This document shows, one piece after another, positions 43,687-53,724 of a stretch of 64,000 nt of DNA; position 1 is the first letter of the stretch; the number at the start of each line of letters is the position of its first letter. This DNA comes from an uncultured Acetatifactor sp. Its GTDB lineage: Bacteria; Bacillota; Clostridia; Lachnospirales; Lachnospiraceae. The stretch lies in contig CAXHOW010000001.1 of assembly GCA_964018205.1 (NCBI GenBank), positions 158,150 through 222,149 on the forward strand, written 5' to 3'. A model generated the notes under the pieces. It was given only the letters and a program-made list of their open reading frames with translations. It had not been told where the DNA came from and ran no database searches. A program made the translations under genes and the position numbers.

Positions 43687-45536
43687 AAAACCGCCTCGAT
43701 CCGCTTTACCACGCTCCCTGCATCAATCCCCAGCTCTTCCTTCAGAAGCTCCACATTCCCATGCTCCACATATGCGTCCGGGACACTGATGCCAAGGAAT
43801 GCATTGTCTAATCCCAGCCTGTTCATGCAGTCCAGCACCTTCTCCCCATAGCCCCCGGAGGCCACGTTCTCCTCCATGGTCACGATGAGCCTATGGCCTT
43901 CGCAGGCTTCCTTCACAGCCTCCTCATCGATAGGCTTTACAAACCGTGCGTTCACAAGGCTCACCTCGTGCCCCTTTTCCTTTAGCATATCCCTGACGCA
44001 CTCGGCGGTCTTTACCATGCTGCCCACTGCAAGCAGGGCGATCTCTCTCTCCCGGTAGATCCATTCTGCCTTACCCAGCTCTATAGGCGCCCTGTGCTCC
44101 TTCAGCCCCGCATAGGCGGTGCCTCTGGGATAACGCACCGCTATGGGCCTGCCCAGCCCCACCGCGAATTTCATCATGTCCGACAGCTCCCATTTATTCT
44201 TGGGGGCGCAGATGTGCATATTGGGAATCCCTGAAAGATATGTAAAATCAAAGATCCCCTGATGGGTCTCGCCGTCGCTGCCCACCAGCCCTGCCCTGTC
44301 CACGGCAAAGACCACAGGCAGGTTCTGTATACAGACATCATGCAGTATCTGGTCGTAAGCCCTCTGCAGGAAGGAGGAATATACGGCCACAATAGGCTTC
44401 AGCCCCCCTACCGCCAGCCCTGCCGCAAAGGTCACCGCATGCTGCTCAGCGATTCCCACGTCAAAGAAACGCTCTGGATATATATTACGGAAACGCTTCA
44501 GGCCAGTACCGTCCGGCATGGCCGCCGTGATGGCTACAATCTTTTCATCCCTCTGGCCCAGCTTGCACATGACTGTAGAAAAGATATCCGTGTAATTGGC
44601 CACGGTTCTTGGGTGGGAGGGAATGCCCGTCTCGATATCAAAGGGCTCCGCCCCATGGAATCTGGCGGGATGGCGCTCCGCAGGCAGGTATCCCTTTCCC
44701 TTCTGGGTCAGCACATGGATCAGCACCGGCCCCTGTACCCGCTTTGCGTCGCTGATGACGGAAATCATGGTACTGATGTCATGGCCGTCCACAGGCCCCA
44801 GATAGGTAATCCCCATGTCCTCAAAGAACATCCCCGGGATCACCAGCTGCTTGAAGCTGCTCTTTGCCCGGCGGATACGGTTGATGATATCGTCTCCTCT
44901 CTTCATGCCCTGAAGAGCGTTGTAGATCCCCTTTTTCAGATCCAGATAGCCGGTAGCGGTGCGGATATTGTTGAGATATTTAGATACACCTCCTACATTT
45001 TCGGAGATGGACATATTGTTGTCATTGAGAATGATAATGAAATTGGTCTCCAGCTTGGCCGCGTTGTTCAGTGCCTCGTAGGCCATCCCCCCTGTGAGGG
45101 AGCCGTCTCCGATGACCGACACCACGGTATTTTCCCCGCCGGTGATCTCCCTTGCCTTCACGAGCCCCAGACCTGCCGAGATGGACGTGGAGCTATGGCC
45201 CGTGTCAAAAACATCGCACTCGCTCTCCTTGCGCTTCGGAAAGCCGCTGATGCCGTGAAACTGGCGCAGAGAGCTAAAGTCCTCCCTCCTGCCGGTGAGA
45301 ATCTTATGGGTATAGGACTGATGACCCACGTCCCAGATGATTTTGTCCTGCGGCAGGTCCAGAGCAAGATGCAGGGCCATAGTCAGCTCCACGGCTCCCA
45401 GATTGGAGCCCAGATGGCCTCCCGTGACACTGATGGTCCTGATCAGGAAATCCCGGATCTCCTGCGCCAGTGCCTCCCAGTTCTCCTTCCCTACTTTCTT
45501 TATGTCATTCGCCTGCTCTATGGTTTCCAGAAACAT
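43683..45536 (-). CDS. dxs: 1-deoxy-D-xylulose-5-phosphate synthase
   Basis: 617 aa. GGHLGSNLGAVELT, VIGDGSLTGGMAYEALN and AEQHAVTFAAGLA. Confidence 0.95.
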   Translation of the reverse strand: MFLETIEQANDIKKVGKENWEALAQEIRDFLIRTISVTGGHLGSNLGAVELTMALHLALDLPQDKIIWDVGHQSYTHKILTGRREDFSSLRQFHGISGFPKRKESECDVFDTGHSSTSISAGLGLVKAREITGGENTVVSVIGDGSLTGGMAYEALNNAAKLETNFIIILNDNNMSISENVGGVSKYLNNIRTATGYLDLKKGIYNALQGMKRGDDIINRIRRAKSSFKQLVIPGMFFEDMGITYLGPVDGHDISTMISVISDAKRVQGPVLIHVLTQKGKGYLPAERHPARFHGAEPFDIETGIPSHPRTVANYTDIFSTVMCKLGQRDEKIVAITAAMPDGTGLKRFRNIYPERFFDVGIAEQHAVTFAAGLAVGGLKPIVAVYSSFLQRAYDQILHDVCIQNLPVVFAVDRAGLVGSDGETHQGIFDFTYLSGIPNMHICAPKNKWELSDMMKFAVGLGRPIAVRYPRGTAYAGLKEHRAPIELGKAEWIYREREIALLAVGSMVKTAECVRDMLKEKGHEVSLVNARFVKPIDEEAVKEACEGHRLIVTMEENVASGGYGEKVLDCMNRLGLDNAFLGISVPDAYVEHGNVELLKEELGIDAGSVVKRIEAVL

Positions 45537-45570
45537 ATCTTCACCTGTACCTTTCCCACCATATTATGGG

Positions 45571-46578
45571 TCATCGCGTCCTGTGTATCAGTGCCAGAAT
45601 CAGCTCCTTCAGGAAAGCATGCTCTCCCCCGAAACCGTCCAGAATATCCACTGCCTCCTGAGAAAGCCTCTCCACATCCGCCTTTGCCCTCTCAAGCCCC
45701 TTCAGCGCCACATAGGTCTGCTTATTGTTTTCCGCATCGCTCCCCGTGGACTTGCCCAGCTCCCGGCTGTCCCCCACCACGTCCAGAATATCGTCCTGAA
45801 TCTGAAAGGCGATGCCCACATTATAGGCACATTTTTCTATCTGTCCCACTTCCTCCGGGGATGCTCCCGCAAGGATGGCCCCTGTCATCATGGCGGCCTG
45901 GATCAGCGCCGCCGTCTTATGCTCATGGATGAAAAGCAGGCGCTCCTGCGCCGGGCCTGCCGACACCTTTTTCTCAGTGAGCCCAGCATCCGCCGGGTCT
46001 GCGGAATCCATGACGTCCACCGCCTGATCTGCAGAATCCATGACGTCCACCGCCTGACCTCCGATCATGCCGTACGCGCCCGCCTTCCGGGAAAGCACCG
46101 AAAGCGCCCCGGCAATCCGCTCCAGCCGCACCGCACGTTCCGTTTCGGAAATCCCGCTCTCCCTGCAGCACTGGGTCAGGGCTCCCGCCGCCGTCTCAAA
46201 GGCATAGTTCAGCAGGCCGTCCCCCGCGAGTATCCCCATCGTCTCCCCATAAACATACCATGTAGTCTCCCTGCCCCTGCGGTAGCGGTCATTGTCCATG
46301 GCAGGAAGGTCGTCATGCACCAGCGAGTAGGTATGGATCATCTCTATGGCGGCCATAAAAGCCCGGAGGGCATCCGGATCCCCCTCCCCGCCGCACATCT
46401 CATAGGTTTCCTTCATCAGTATGGGGCGCAGACGCTTGCCTCCCGCCAGCAGGCTGTAGTTCATGGCCTCTATCAGCCTCCTCTGCAGCCCCTCCTCTGC
46501 CGGCAGATGCGCCCTCAGCGCCTCCTCAGCCAGCTTCGTCCGCTCCTTCAGCTCCCGCTCAAATACCTGTATCTCCAT
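45571..46578 (-). CDS. ispA: Polyprenyl (farnesyl) diphosphate synthase
   Basis: 335 aa. First DDxxD motif LVHDDLPAMDND and second FQIQDDILD. Carries an in-frame 30-bp duplication. Confidence 0.85.
   Translation of the reverse strand: MEIQVFERELKERTKLAEEALRAHLPAEEGLQRRLIEAMNYSLLAGGKRLRPILMKETYEMCGGEGDPDALRAFMAAIEMIHTYSLVHDDLPAMDNDRYRRGRETTWYVYGETMGILAGDGLLNYAFETAAGALTQCCRESGISETERAVRLERIAGALSVLSRKAGAYGMIGGQAVDVMDSADQAVDVMDSADPADAGLTEKKVSAGPAQERLLFIHEHKTAALIQAAMMTGAILAGASPEEVGQIEKCAYNVGIAFQIQDDILDVVGDSRELGKSTGSDAENNKQTYVALKGLERAKADVERLSQEAVDILDGFGGEHAFLKELILALIHRTR
46001..46060. repeat. 30-bp tandem duplication (28/30 identical) inside ispA
   Basis: GCGGAATCCATGACGTCCACCGCCTGATCT (46001-46030) and GCAGAATCCATGACGTCCACCGCCTGACCT (46031-46060). 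Encodes QAVDVMDSAD twice. Confidence 0.95.
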
Positions 46579-46795
46579 CCCCGAATTCCTCCAATTGTCC
46601 GTCTCCGCTCAGCTTAAGCACCTGCTTCTCCACCCTGTCGATCTGGTCGTTGCACTGCTTCAGAACTGTCATCCCCTCACTGTAGGCCGAGAAAGCCTCC
46701 TCCAGCGGAAGGCTGTCATCCTCCAGCCTCTGAATGATCTCCTCCAGCTTCCGGAAATTCTCCTCCAGCCCCGGCTGCTTCGTATCCTTACCCAT
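46559..46795 (-). CDS. xseB: Exodeoxyribonuclease VII small subunit
   Basis: Start at ATG 46795. LEENFRKLEEIIQRLEDDSLPLEEAFSAYSEG is typical of XseB. Confidence 0.85.
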   Translation of the reverse strand: MGKDTKQPGLEENFRKLEEIIQRLEDDSLPLEEAFSAYSEGMTVLKQCNDQIDRVEKQVLKLSGDGQLEEFGDGDTGI

Positions 46796-46941
46796 ATTCC
46801 AGCTCCTGTCCTTGCTATTTTCTTTTATACCGGCCACATTATTGATCCTGACCCTGATTTTGCTTGCCGAAATTTCGAGAATTTATCTATCGGGCTCTTG
46901 TGCCGGCAAAAAGGGTTCCTCCCATGCATCCGGCACCGTCC

Positions 46942-48165
46942 TCATGAAAGCTTCTCTGTGCCGGACACCACTGCATATATATTTCCGTCCCTCACCCTGA
47001 TCCGGACATTCTGTCCCGCCTGCACCTGCTCCACGGAGCGGATATTCCTCCCCTCCTGATCCTCCAGATAAGAATAGCCGCTGCACAGCTTGTCCAGAGG
47101 CGAAAGCCCCTTCAGCTTCTCCACATACAGCTCCAGCTCATGGCGCCGCTTCTCCAGCAGCCGCCTCATTCTCTCCTGCAGCTTCTCCTCCGCCGCAAGC
47201 ATATCCATCTTTTTTCCCCGTATCCGGTACACAGGGCTTACCACCCTCAGTCTCAGCCCCAGCTGTCCGGCCCGGCTGCGCTTATCCTCTAGCCTTCTCT
47301 CCATCCTCTTGTCCAGCGCATCCTTGTAAAGAACCAGCTTCCCCAGTATCTCCCGGATGTCCGCCACCGCCAGCTCCGCCGCTGCAGAAGGGGTTGGCGC
47401 CCGCAGGTCCGCCACAAAGTCTGCGATGGTAGTATCCGTCTCATGCCCCACGGCAGAGATGACAGGCACGGTACAGTCAAAAATCGCCTGCGCCACCTCT
47501 CTCTCATTGAAGGCCCACAGATCCTCTATGGAGCCGCCTCCCCGCCCCACGATCATCACATCCACCCTCAGGGCCTCCAGCGCCCGGATGCCCGCTGCGA
47601 TGCTGGATGCCGCGTCCGCTCCCTGCACAATGGCAGGATAAAGGATGATCTGCACATAAGGATTGCGCCTGCCCGCTATCTGGATGATATCCCGGACGGC
47701 GGCTCCTGTGTCCGCTGTCACCACTCCCAGCGTCCTTATGAATCTGGGTATGGGCCGCTTGTACTCCTGCGCAAACATACCGGTCTCCGCCAGCTCCTGC
47801 TTGAGCCGCTCAAAACGCTCATAGAGCAGGCCGCTCCCCTCCAGTGTGATCTGTCTGGCATAAAGCTGGTATTTCCCGTCCCTCTCGTATACATCCACCG
47901 TACCGCCTACGATGACCTGCTGACCTTCGGACATACGAAAAGAGAGACCCGAACGACTGCCCGCAAACATGACGCAGCTTATGGTCCCTTTTGCATCCTT
48001 CAAAGTAAAATAGATATGTCCAGAGGAATGGTATTTGCAGTTGCTCACCTCGCCCTTCACAAAGAGCCTCTGCAAAAGATAGTCCTGCGTGAACATATTT
48101 TTGATGTAGGAATTCAACTGTCCTACGGTATAAACATTCCGAATCTCAATCACCCAACTTCGCAA
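46942..48165 (-). CDS. xseA: Exodeoxyribonuclease VII large subunit
   Basis: 407 aa. OB-fold N-terminus (VGQLNSYIKNMF...GEVSN) and RGGGSIEDLWAFN. Confidence 0.9.
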   Translation of the reverse strand: MRSWVIEIRNVYTVGQLNSYIKNMFTQDYLLQRLFVKGEVSNCKYHSSGHIYFTLKDAKGTISCVMFAGSRSGLSFRMSEGQQVIVGGTVDVYERDGKYQLYARQITLEGSGLLYERFERLKQELAETGMFAQEYKRPIPRFIRTLGVVTADTGAAVRDIIQIAGRRNPYVQIILYPAIVQGADAASSIAAGIRALEALRVDVMIVGRGGGSIEDLWAFNEREVAQAIFDCTVPVISAVGHETDTTIADFVADLRAPTPSAAAELAVADIREILGKLVLYKDALDKRMERRLEDKRSRAGQLGLRLRVVSPVYRIRGKKMDMLAAEEKLQERMRRLLEKRRHELELYVEKLKGLSPLDKLCSGYSYLEDQEGRNIRSVEQVQAGQNVRIRVRDGNIYAVVSGTEKLS

Positions 48166-48556
48166 TCTTGGCCAGAATGGCGTTCACGAAAGCGCCGGAA
48201 TTATCCTGACCGTATTTTTTTGCTATTTCCACAGCCTCGTCGATGGCTACCCCTGCAGGTATGTCATCATCAAAACGCAGCTCATAGACAGCCAGACGCA
48301 GCACCGCAAGCTCCACCTTTCCCATACGGGCAGTGTCCCATCCTTCCGTGCTGCCGTTGATGAAGCCGTCTATCTCGGGAATCCTCTTCCTGACGGCCTC
48401 ACATCTGGCTTCGATATAATCGGCGTCCTTCTGGGAGCTGATCGCCTCGTTATCCTCTACAAACAGCCTCTCCTGCCTCGGCATATCCTCAGGCGCATGA
48501 AATTCCGCCTGAAACAAAAGCAGGAAGACCTGTTCCCTTTTCTCATGTCGTCCCAT
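48146..48556 (-). CDS. nusB: Transcription antitermination factor NusB
   Basis: 136 aa. ELAVLRLAVYEL and AINEAVEIAKKYG-like segment. Confidence 0.9.
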   Translation of the reverse strand: MGRHEKREQVFLLLFQAEFHAPEDMPRQERLFVEDNEAISSQKDADYIEARCEAVRKRIPEIDGFINGSTEGWDTARMGKVELAVLRLAVYELRFDDDIPAGVAIDEAVEIAKKYGQDNSGAFVNAILAKIAKLGD

Positions 48557-48600
48557 CGCGCTTTTTCCTCTGCTTCACACCTTAAATCCCTTTGATATCA

Positions 48601-48978
48601 TTACTTCAGCTTCACACCTGCGATGCGGATATTCACGTCAGTGCAGCTAAGCCCTGTCATATTCTCGATGGCAGCTTTCACCTTTGCCTGCACTCTGTGG
48701 CAGGTGGCGGGAATATTGTAGCCGTATTCCATGGTAACGGCCAGATTCACCCGTACCTTGCCCTCCGCAACGTCCACTCTCACGCCCTTGGTCAGCTTCT
48801 TCACACCTACCTTGCTCATGAGCTCATTGGTGATGGTTCCCGCCATAGCGCTGACGCCCTCCACCTCTGTCGCTGCAAGGGATGCGATCATCGCCACCAC
48901 ATCGTCAGCTATCTGCACCACTCCCACGTTCTCCTTCACATCCAGCACCACTGCGCTGCTCCTGTTCTCATTCTCCAT
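48601..48978 (-). CDS. Asp23/Gls24-family envelope stress protein
   Basis: Start at ATG 48978 (GAGGAGG upstream). IADDVVAMIASLAATEVEGV is typical of the Asp23 family. Confidence 0.85.
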   Translation of the reverse strand: MENENRSSAVVLDVKENVGVVQIADDVVAMIASLAATEVEGVSAMAGTITNELMSKVGVKKLTKGVRVDVAEGKVRVNLAVTMEYGYNIPATCHRVQAKVKAAIENMTGLSCTDVNIRIAGVKLK

Positions 48979-49038
48979 TAGAATATCCTCCTCAAAACTG
49001 GTCTGGTATGAGTATACCCCGATATTATAACACATTCC

Positions 49039-50367
49039 CTATTCATTTGTCACCCAAAATGTCAACGACAATTGCTTCTCATTCCGTGCATAGGCGATTC
49101 CGCCCTCTCCGGTCTGAATATAATCAAAAATCTCCTGATCCTCTATCAAGGCTTCACACATCCTTTGATAGCATTCCACGTCGGCGCATTTTACATTCAC
49201 ATCGCTTCTTCCCTTTTCTGCGGCCCTTCCGAAAAGCCCTTTCAGCTGCTCCCTGTCATAGGATGTAAAATAAGCCCCCTCCATCACATAATAGTTTGCC
49301 GCCGTGGCCGTACAGAGAGGCATGGGCACCACGCCGCCCACGGAATGGGTGCGGAGCAGCTCTTCCGTGGTGACGTTCAGGTAATCGTAATTGATCTCGG
49401 GCATGCTCTCCTCTCTATCTTCTGCTTGATCCTCCTGATCGAGGGCTTTCTCCGTCTCCTCGTCCACCTGATAGGACACATCCCCCCATGTGGCATCCAC
49501 ATAATAATAGTCTCCGTCTACCTTCACCAGATTCCAGGCATGTCCCTCGCCGGTGTACACCGTTCCCAGCACCAGCGTGCTTTCCACCCCCAGCTTGTTC
49601 AGCAGATACTGAACCGCCTTGGCGTAGCCCTGACAGACGGAACGGTGATTCACAAACACCGAATAGATATTCTGGTTGTCGGGAGCGCCCAGATCATAAT
49701 CCGTGCCGCAGATGACGGTATCATAGACATATTTCACCTTCTCATAGTCAGAAGCCTCCTCCCCTATGCCTGCCAGAACCGTCTCCGCGCTTTCCTCTAT
49801 AGCCTCCTTGTATCCGGAAGCCGTCTCCTGATCCATAGTATAGCTTCCCGAAAACTCTATGGACAGGATTTCCTCCCCCCGCATATATTTCGTATAGGAA
49901 TAACCGTCCACATAGAAAATCTCCGGATGATCCCCCAGCACAGAGCGGAAAACCCTGTCCAGCACATCCTCCACCTCAGACGGGGCAAAAGAGTCCAGAA
50001 AAGCCTCGGACAGCTCTGTCTTTTCCCCGAAGCTCCCGAACAGCTCCTCCATATCCTCATACCATGCCTGCTCCGCCTCGCTGAGCCTCTCATAGGCATA
50101 GGGAAAGACCTCCTCCGTTAAAAACGGGGCCTTCTCCTTCTCCTCCTCTTCTGTCCCGTTTCCGCCATGCTCCGGAACCGCCAGCACCTCCTCCAGAGAG
50201 ACCACCCTGACATCATTGTCCCCGGAGTCCTCTCCTTCCGTCTCCTGCCGCAGCCCGAAATCTTTGGGGATCTCATCCCACAGCGCCTCCGCCGCACAGC
50301 CTGTCACAGCCATGCAGCAAAGCATCGTACAGAAAATATACGCGAAAACACACAGCTTTTTTTTCAT
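49039..50367 (-). CDS. Transglutaminase-like domain lipoprotein
   Basis: Signal/lipobox CCMAVTGC. Catalytic-core pattern CQGYAKAVQYLLNKLG ... GHAWNLV ... YYVDATW. Confidence 0.75.
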   Translation of the reverse strand: MKKKLCVFAYIFCTMLCCMAVTGCAAEALWDEIPKDFGLRQETEGEDSGDNDVRVVSLEEVLAVPEHGGNGTEEEEKEKAPFLTEEVFPYAYERLSEAEQAWYEDMEELFGSFGEKTELSEAFLDSFAPSEVEDVLDRVFRSVLGDHPEIFYVDGYSYTKYMRGEEILSIEFSGSYTMDQETASGYKEAIEESAETVLAGIGEEASDYEKVKYVYDTVICGTDYDLGAPDNQNIYSVFVNHRSVCQGYAKAVQYLLNKLGVESTLVLGTVYTGEGHAWNLVKVDGDYYYVDATWGDVSYQVDEETEKALDQEDQAEDREESMPEINYDYLNVTTEELLRTHSVGGVVPMPLCTATAANYYVMEGAYFTSYDREQLKGLFGRAAEKGRSDVNVKCADVECYQRMCEALIEDQEIFDYIQTGEGGIAYARNEKQLSLTFWVTNE

Positions 50368-50443
50368 ATATTCCTTCCCCTTTTACGCCCCATGTCGCCC
50401 GACCAGAGCCAGAACCTCATCAGCCCGCGCCTTCCGGCAGCCT

Positions 50444-50506
50444 CAAAACAGCATATGGATCCAGAATAACTGCCCCGGATATCGCCGCTGCGGGATCCAT
50501 ATGCTG
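50444..50506 (-). terminator. Terminator of prfC (14-bp stem, large loop)
   Basis: Minus strand reads CAGCATATGGATCC-(30 nt)-GGATCCATATGCTG followed by TTTTG. Confidence 0.6.
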
Positions 50507-50539
50507 CCGACATACCGGCCCGTAAGCCGTCTGCCCGGA

Positions 50540-52138
50540 TCAGGACGGACTGCCGAACTCCGTAAGCACCAGTCCCTTGTTGCGGTCCAGTGTCATGCCG
50601 ATGCTCCACGAATTGACAAACAAAAGCAGCGGATTGCCCTTCATATCCTTCACCTTCTTCATGTCGGAGGTGCCGCTCAGCTTCTCGATGTTTACCTCAT
50701 CCTTGTTCCCGATCCAGCGGATATGCTCATAAGGCAGATTCTCCAGCCTGATCTCTACGTTGTACTCATTCTCCAGCCTATATTTCAATACGTCGAACTG
50801 CAGCACGCCCACCACGCCCACGATGATCTCCTCCAGCCCTGTATTGAACTCCTGAAAAATCTGGATGGCTCCCTCCTGAGCGATCTGCTCTATGCCCTTG
50901 ACGAACTGCTTCCTCTTCATGGTATCCATCTGGCGCACCCTTGCAAAATGCTCCGGCGCAAAGGTAGGGATCCCCTCGTACTGGAATTTCTCCTTTGGGC
51001 AGCAGATGGTGTCCCCGATAGAAAAGATTCCCGGATCAAACACCCCGATGATGTCCCCTGCGTAAGCCTCGCTCAGTATCTTCCGCTCGTCCGCCATGAT
51101 CTGCTGAGGCTGGGACAGCCGCATGACCTTCCCTCCCTGCACATGGCGCACCTCCATGTTGGCGTCAAATCTGCCGGAGCATATTCGCATAAAGGCAATT
51201 CTGTCCCTATGCGCCTTGTTCATATTGGCTTGTATCTTGAACACGAATGCGCTGAATTCCCTTTCCATCGGGTCAATGAGCCCTATGTCAGCCTTTCTGG
51301 GCAGAGGTGTCGTGGCCATGTCCAGAAAATGCTTCAGGAAAATCTCCACGCCGAAATTGGTCAGGGCCGACCCGAAACACACGGGCGTCAGCTCCCCTGC
51401 CCGCACGGCCTCCAGATCGAACTCCGCGCTGGCGCCGTCCAGAAGCTCCACTTCCTCCAGAAGCTTGTCCGCCTGCTCATCTCCGATCAGCTCCCTCAGG
51501 GCCTCCTCATTCTGAACGGGAACCTCCGTGGCTTTGCCCTCCTTCGTGCCCTTCTCCGTATCGGAATAGGAAATCACACATTTCTTTTCCCTGTCGTACA
51601 CTCCCTTGAAGCTCTTTCCCGAGCCGATGGGCCAGTTGACGGGGCAGGTGGCGATTCCCAGCTCCTTCTCAATATCGTCCAGAAGGTCAAAGGTGTCGTT
51701 GGCATCCCTGTCCATCTTGTTGATAAACGTAAAAATGGGGATCTTGCGCATCACACAGACCTTGAAGAGCTTTCTGGTCTGTGCCTCCACGCCCTTTGAC
51801 GCGTCGATGACCATGACGGCGGAATCCGCAGCCATCAGCGTGCGGTAGGTGTCCTCCGAAAAGTCCTGATGCCCCGGCGTGTCCAGAATATTGATGCAGT
51901 AACCGTCATATTCAAACTGCAGTACGGAGGAGGTGACAGATATACCTCTCTCCTTCTCGATCTCCATCCAGTCGGAGACGGCGTGTCTGGCCGTGGCCTT
52001 TCCCTTCACGCTCCCCGCCAGATTGATTGCGCCGCCGTACAGCAGGAATTTCTCCGTGAGAGTGGTCTTTCCTGCGTCCGGGTGGGAAATGATTGCAAAG
52101 GTGCGACGGCGCTTGATTTCTTCCGTATATTGATTCAT
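50540..52138 (-). CDS. prfC: Peptide chain release factor 3
   Basis: 532 aa. AIISHPDAGKTTLTEK, DTPGHQDFSEDT and NKMDR. Confidence 0.95.
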   Translation of the reverse strand: MNQYTEEIKRRRTFAIISHPDAGKTTLTEKFLLYGGAINLAGSVKGKATARHAVSDWMEIEKERGISVTSSVLQFEYDGYCINILDTPGHQDFSEDTYRTLMAADSAVMVIDASKGVEAQTRKLFKVCVMRKIPIFTFINKMDRDANDTFDLLDDIEKELGIATCPVNWPIGSGKSFKGVYDREKKCVISYSDTEKGTKEGKATEVPVQNEEALRELIGDEQADKLLEEVELLDGASAEFDLEAVRAGELTPVCFGSALTNFGVEIFLKHFLDMATTPLPRKADIGLIDPMEREFSAFVFKIQANMNKAHRDRIAFMRICSGRFDANMEVRHVQGGKVMRLSQPQQIMADERKILSEAYAGDIIGVFDPGIFSIGDTICCPKEKFQYEGIPTFAPEHFARVRQMDTMKRKQFVKGIEQIAQEGAIQIFQEFNTGLEEIIVGVVGVLQFDVLKYRLENEYNVEIRLENLPYEHIRWIGNKDEVNIEKLSGTSDMKKVKDMKGNPLLLFVNSWSIGMTLDRNKGLVLTEFGSPS

Positions 52139-52408
52139 GGGTTTCTGAGCCTCCTATGTTCTTGTGTCTATATTTCATTTAATATTCATGTCTTGTTCCC
52201 GCGTCTGCCATATTCCCGCATCCGCCCGGCCCTGCGTCTATATCCCGGCATCTGCGTCCTTGTACCTGATCTCCTGTCCATGCAAACCCGGTATATTGCC
52301 TCCCCTGCTATTATCCGCAAGGATGCTCCCGATACCGCACTTGCAGACAATATTTTCGACCGGCATACTGCTCTCGCCTGCCGCGATCCTTTCATCCGGA
52401 TGCCATAC

Positions 52409-53614
52409 CTACGGCGGCGTAAGCATACTTGTGCCATCAAAGGCAGGCCGGATGCCGAAATACTTCAGGACAGTAGCGCCCACGTCCGCAAAGGTCTCCC
52501 TTGTCCCCAGATTCCCCGGCGTCACGTTCCGGCCGCACATCAGGACAGGCACATACTCTCTGGTATGGTCGGTGCTGGCCGTATAGCCCGGATCGCAGCC
52601 ATGGTCCGCGGTGATCATCAGGATATCATCCTCCCGCAGCCTGCCCAGAAGCTCCGGAAGCCGCGTGTCGAAATAGCTTAATGCTCTGGCATAGCCCTCC
52701 ACATCCCTGCGGTGTCCATACAGCATATCATAATCCACCAGATTAATAAAGCATAATCCGTCGAAATCCTTCTCCAGATATTCCAGCGTCCGCTCTATGC
52801 CCTCCTCATTGCCGCTTGTATATACTGCCTCCGTGATGCCTTTGCCCGCAAAGATGTCCCGGATCTTACCTACTCCGATGACATCCTTACCGCTTTCCGA
52901 AAGCTGATCCAGCATAGTGACGGAAGGAGGCAGGATGGAAAAATCATGCCTATGTGCCGTCCTGACAAACTGCCCTGCGCAGGTGCCGACGAAAGGCCTT
53001 GCGATCACCCTGCCTACACCGTGCTCGCCCTGCAGGATCTCTCTTGCCATGCGGCAGTATTCATAAAGCTGCTCCGGCGGCACGATATCCTCATGGGCCG
53101 CTATCTGGAACACGCTGTCCGCTGAGGTATACACGATGAGATCCCCGGTCCGCATATGCTCCTCCCCATAATCCTGAATGACCTTTGTCCCGGAATAGGG
53201 CAGATTACAGATGGCCCCCCTTCCCGTTCTCTCACAGAAGGTATCCAGCACCTCCTTGGGAAATCCCTCCGGATAAGTAGGCAGGGGCCTGGGGGAGCAG
53301 ATGCCCGCAATCTCCCAGTGGCCGATGGTAGTATCCTTGCCCTTGGACCTCTCCCGCATACGCCCATAGGCGGCTCCCAGTCCGCTTATGCCGCAAATGC
53401 CGTCCGTGCCCGCTCCCTGCTTTATGTCCTTAGGCATGACACATTTGATTCCGTCAATGGAAAAGAGTCCCAGCTCTCCCATGTGGGGCATGGAAAAGAA
53501 CGGACTGGAAGACACGGTCCCCAGTGTATTCACGCCCACATCCCCGTACTGAGCCGCATCTTCCATCCCGCCGATTCCAAAACTGTCCAATACTATCAAA
53601 AATACTCTCTTCAT
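52409..53614 (-). CDS. deoB: Phosphopentomutase
   Basis: 401 aa. VFLIVLDSFGIG, TADHGCDP and GHWEI. Confidence 0.95.
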   Translation of the reverse strand: MKRVFLIVLDSFGIGGMEDAAQYGDVGVNTLGTVSSSPFFSMPHMGELGLFSIDGIKCVMPKDIKQGAGTDGICGISGLGAAYGRMRERSKGKDTTIGHWEIAGICSPRPLPTYPEGFPKEVLDTFCERTGRGAICNLPYSGTKVIQDYGEEHMRTGDLIVYTSADSVFQIAAHEDIVPPEQLYEYCRMAREILQGEHGVGRVIARPFVGTCAGQFVRTAHRHDFSILPPSVTMLDQLSESGKDVIGVGKIRDIFAGKGITEAVYTSGNEEGIERTLEYLEKDFDGLCFINLVDYDMLYGHRRDVEGYARALSYFDTRLPELLGRLREDDILMITADHGCDPGYTASTDHTREYVPVLMCGRNVTPGNLGTRETFADVGATVLKYFGIRPAFDGTSMLTPP

Positions 53615-53724
53615 AATCTCTTCTGTCCTTTCTGAAGGCGATGCCTGACCGGTAGGCGCTCATCCGGAAAAACTGCCATAGTTAAAGTAAGTATACCACA
53701 TTTATTATGTAAAACAAACATTTT

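Noticed and set aside
44262-46617. 556-aa and 426-aa plus-strand ORFs (44262-45932 and 45337-46617)
   Set aside because: They are antisense to dxs and ispA, and they show no motifs and no ribosome-binding sites.
50216-51799. 527-aa plus-strand ORF
   Set aside because: It is antisense to prfC and to the start of the transglutaminase-like gene, so it is a shadow ORF.
52186-52440. 84-aa Arg-rich minus-strand ORF in the deoB-prfC spacer
   Set aside because: It has an extreme Arg content and no Shine-Dalgarno, and it overlaps the deoB 3' end. It is more likely non-coding GC-rich RNA.
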